Assembly (NCBI RefSeq): GCF_020745735.1
Contig: NC_083435.1
Span: forward strand, 13,547,201 to 13,611,200
DNA length: 64,000 nt
Source: Hemiscyllium ocellatum
Lineage: Eukaryota
Direction: 5' to 3'
Part shown: positions 62,762-64,000 of the stretch, one piece after another
Position numbering within the stretch: position 1 is the first letter of the stretch
Layout: each line of letters opens with the position of its first letter
Program-made: the position numbers and the translations under genes
The notes under the pieces: generated by a model
Told to the model about the DNA's origin: nothing
What the model saw: the letters and a program-made list of their open reading frames with translations, nothing else
Database searches by the model: none

Positions 62762-62999
62762 AGGCGTCAACGAAATTAACGGGCATGGCAGGCAGGAAGA
62801 GTAAGATGTCAGATGGCAAGCTATGCATGAACTCCATTACACACTCCTTATACCGGCAATAAACCATTTTAAAACATGAAATTCTGCTTTATAATCTCTT
62901 CGATAGAGACACGCTGCCTGCAAATGCGTCAATACCTGTGAAATTCTGCTCGTGCAATATTGAACGTAAAAGTGCACACTTGGCATCATCTAACTCCTA

Positions 63000-64000
63000 C
63001 TTCACAATTTATAGAGTCATAGAGTCATAGAGATGTACAGCACAGAAACAGACCCTTTAGTCCAACTTGTCCATTCCGACTAGATATCCCAACCCAATCT
63101 AATCTATTTATACTATCCATGCCCCTCGTGATTTTATAAACCTCCATAATGGCACCTCTCAACCTCCAACGCTCCAGGGTAACAGCTCCAGCCTATTCAA
63201 CCACTTGTTATAGCTCAAATCCTCCAACCCTGGCAACATCCTTGTAAATCTTTTCTGAATCCTTTCAAGTTTCACAACATCTTTCCGTTAGGAAGGAGAC
63301 CAGAATTGCATGCGATATTCCAGCAGTGGCCTAACCAATCTCATGTACAGCCGCAACATGACCTCCCAACTCCTGTATTCAATACTCTGACCAATAAAGG
63401 AAAGCACACCAAACGCCTTCTTCACTATCCTATCTAACTGTGACTCTACTTACAAGGAGCTATGAAAATGCACTCCAAGGTCTTTTGTTTAGCAACATTC
63501 CCTGAGACCTTACCGTTAAGTGTATAAGTCCTGGTAAGATTTGCTTTCCCAAAATGCAGCACCTCGCTTTGTCTAAATTAAACTCCATCTGCCACTCCTC
63601 AGCTCATTGGCCCATCTGATTAAGACCCCGTTGTAATCTGAGGTAACCTTTTTCGCTGCCCACTACACCTCCAAATTTGGTGTCATATGCAAACTTACTA
63701 ACTATACCTCTTATGCTCGCATCCAAATCATTTATGTAAATGGCAATAGTAGAGGACCCAACACTGATTCTTGTGGCACCTAACTGGTCACAGGCCTTCA
63801 GTCTGAAAAACAACCTTCCACCACCACCCTCTCTCTTCTACCTTTCAGCCAGTTCTGTATCCAAATGGCTAGTACTCCCTGTATTCCAACCTTGATAAAC
63901 AGTGTCACATGGGGAACCTTTTCAAATGCCTTACTGAAGTCCATATAGATCGCGTCTACTGCTCTGCCCTCATCAATCTTCTTTGTTATTTCTCCAAAAA
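63000..64000 (-). mobile_element. CR1 3' half running off the window end
   Basis: IYINDLDASIRGIVSKFAYDTK and the tail agagtcatagagtcatagagatgtacag. Confidence 0.92.

Noticed and set aside
1-64000. CRISPR arrays, rRNA genes, prokaryotic systems
   Set aside because: None seen; the sequence is intron-containing vertebrate DNA.

Overview
AT-rich, repeat-dense vertebrate genomic DNA. The repeat content (CR1 LINEs, HE1-type tRNA SINEs, Penelope-derived tails) points to a cartilaginous fish, probably a shark; this is inference. Most ORFs in the supplied track are retroelement fragments or chance ORFs. The host content is a small cluster of single-V-domain, NKp30 (NCR3)-like receptor genes, reconstructed by hand from splice sites and phases. 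Gene A (+; exons 8798-8840, 9017-9367, 11203-11330; 173 aa) has a Lys in its transmembrane (TM) helix and a 3-residue tail, i.e. activating-type. Gene B (-; exons 62561-62501, 58800-58477, 58180-58046, 56470-56452, 56366-56332, 3' end unresolved) has a stalk Cys, an uncharged TM and a Tyr-containing tail built from micro-exons, i.e. inhibitory or costimulatory type. Between them is a probable pseudogene C (-; about 32342-31800), paralogous to gene A and lying next to a decayed Gmr1-like Gypsy LTR element (26061-31595). The window also holds Penelope-derived elements with minimal hammerhead-like motifs, fold-back structure and a 5' inversion. No database searches or alignment programs were run; all similarity statements come from reading the sequence and from recalled family motifs. 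Repeat boundaries are approximate.
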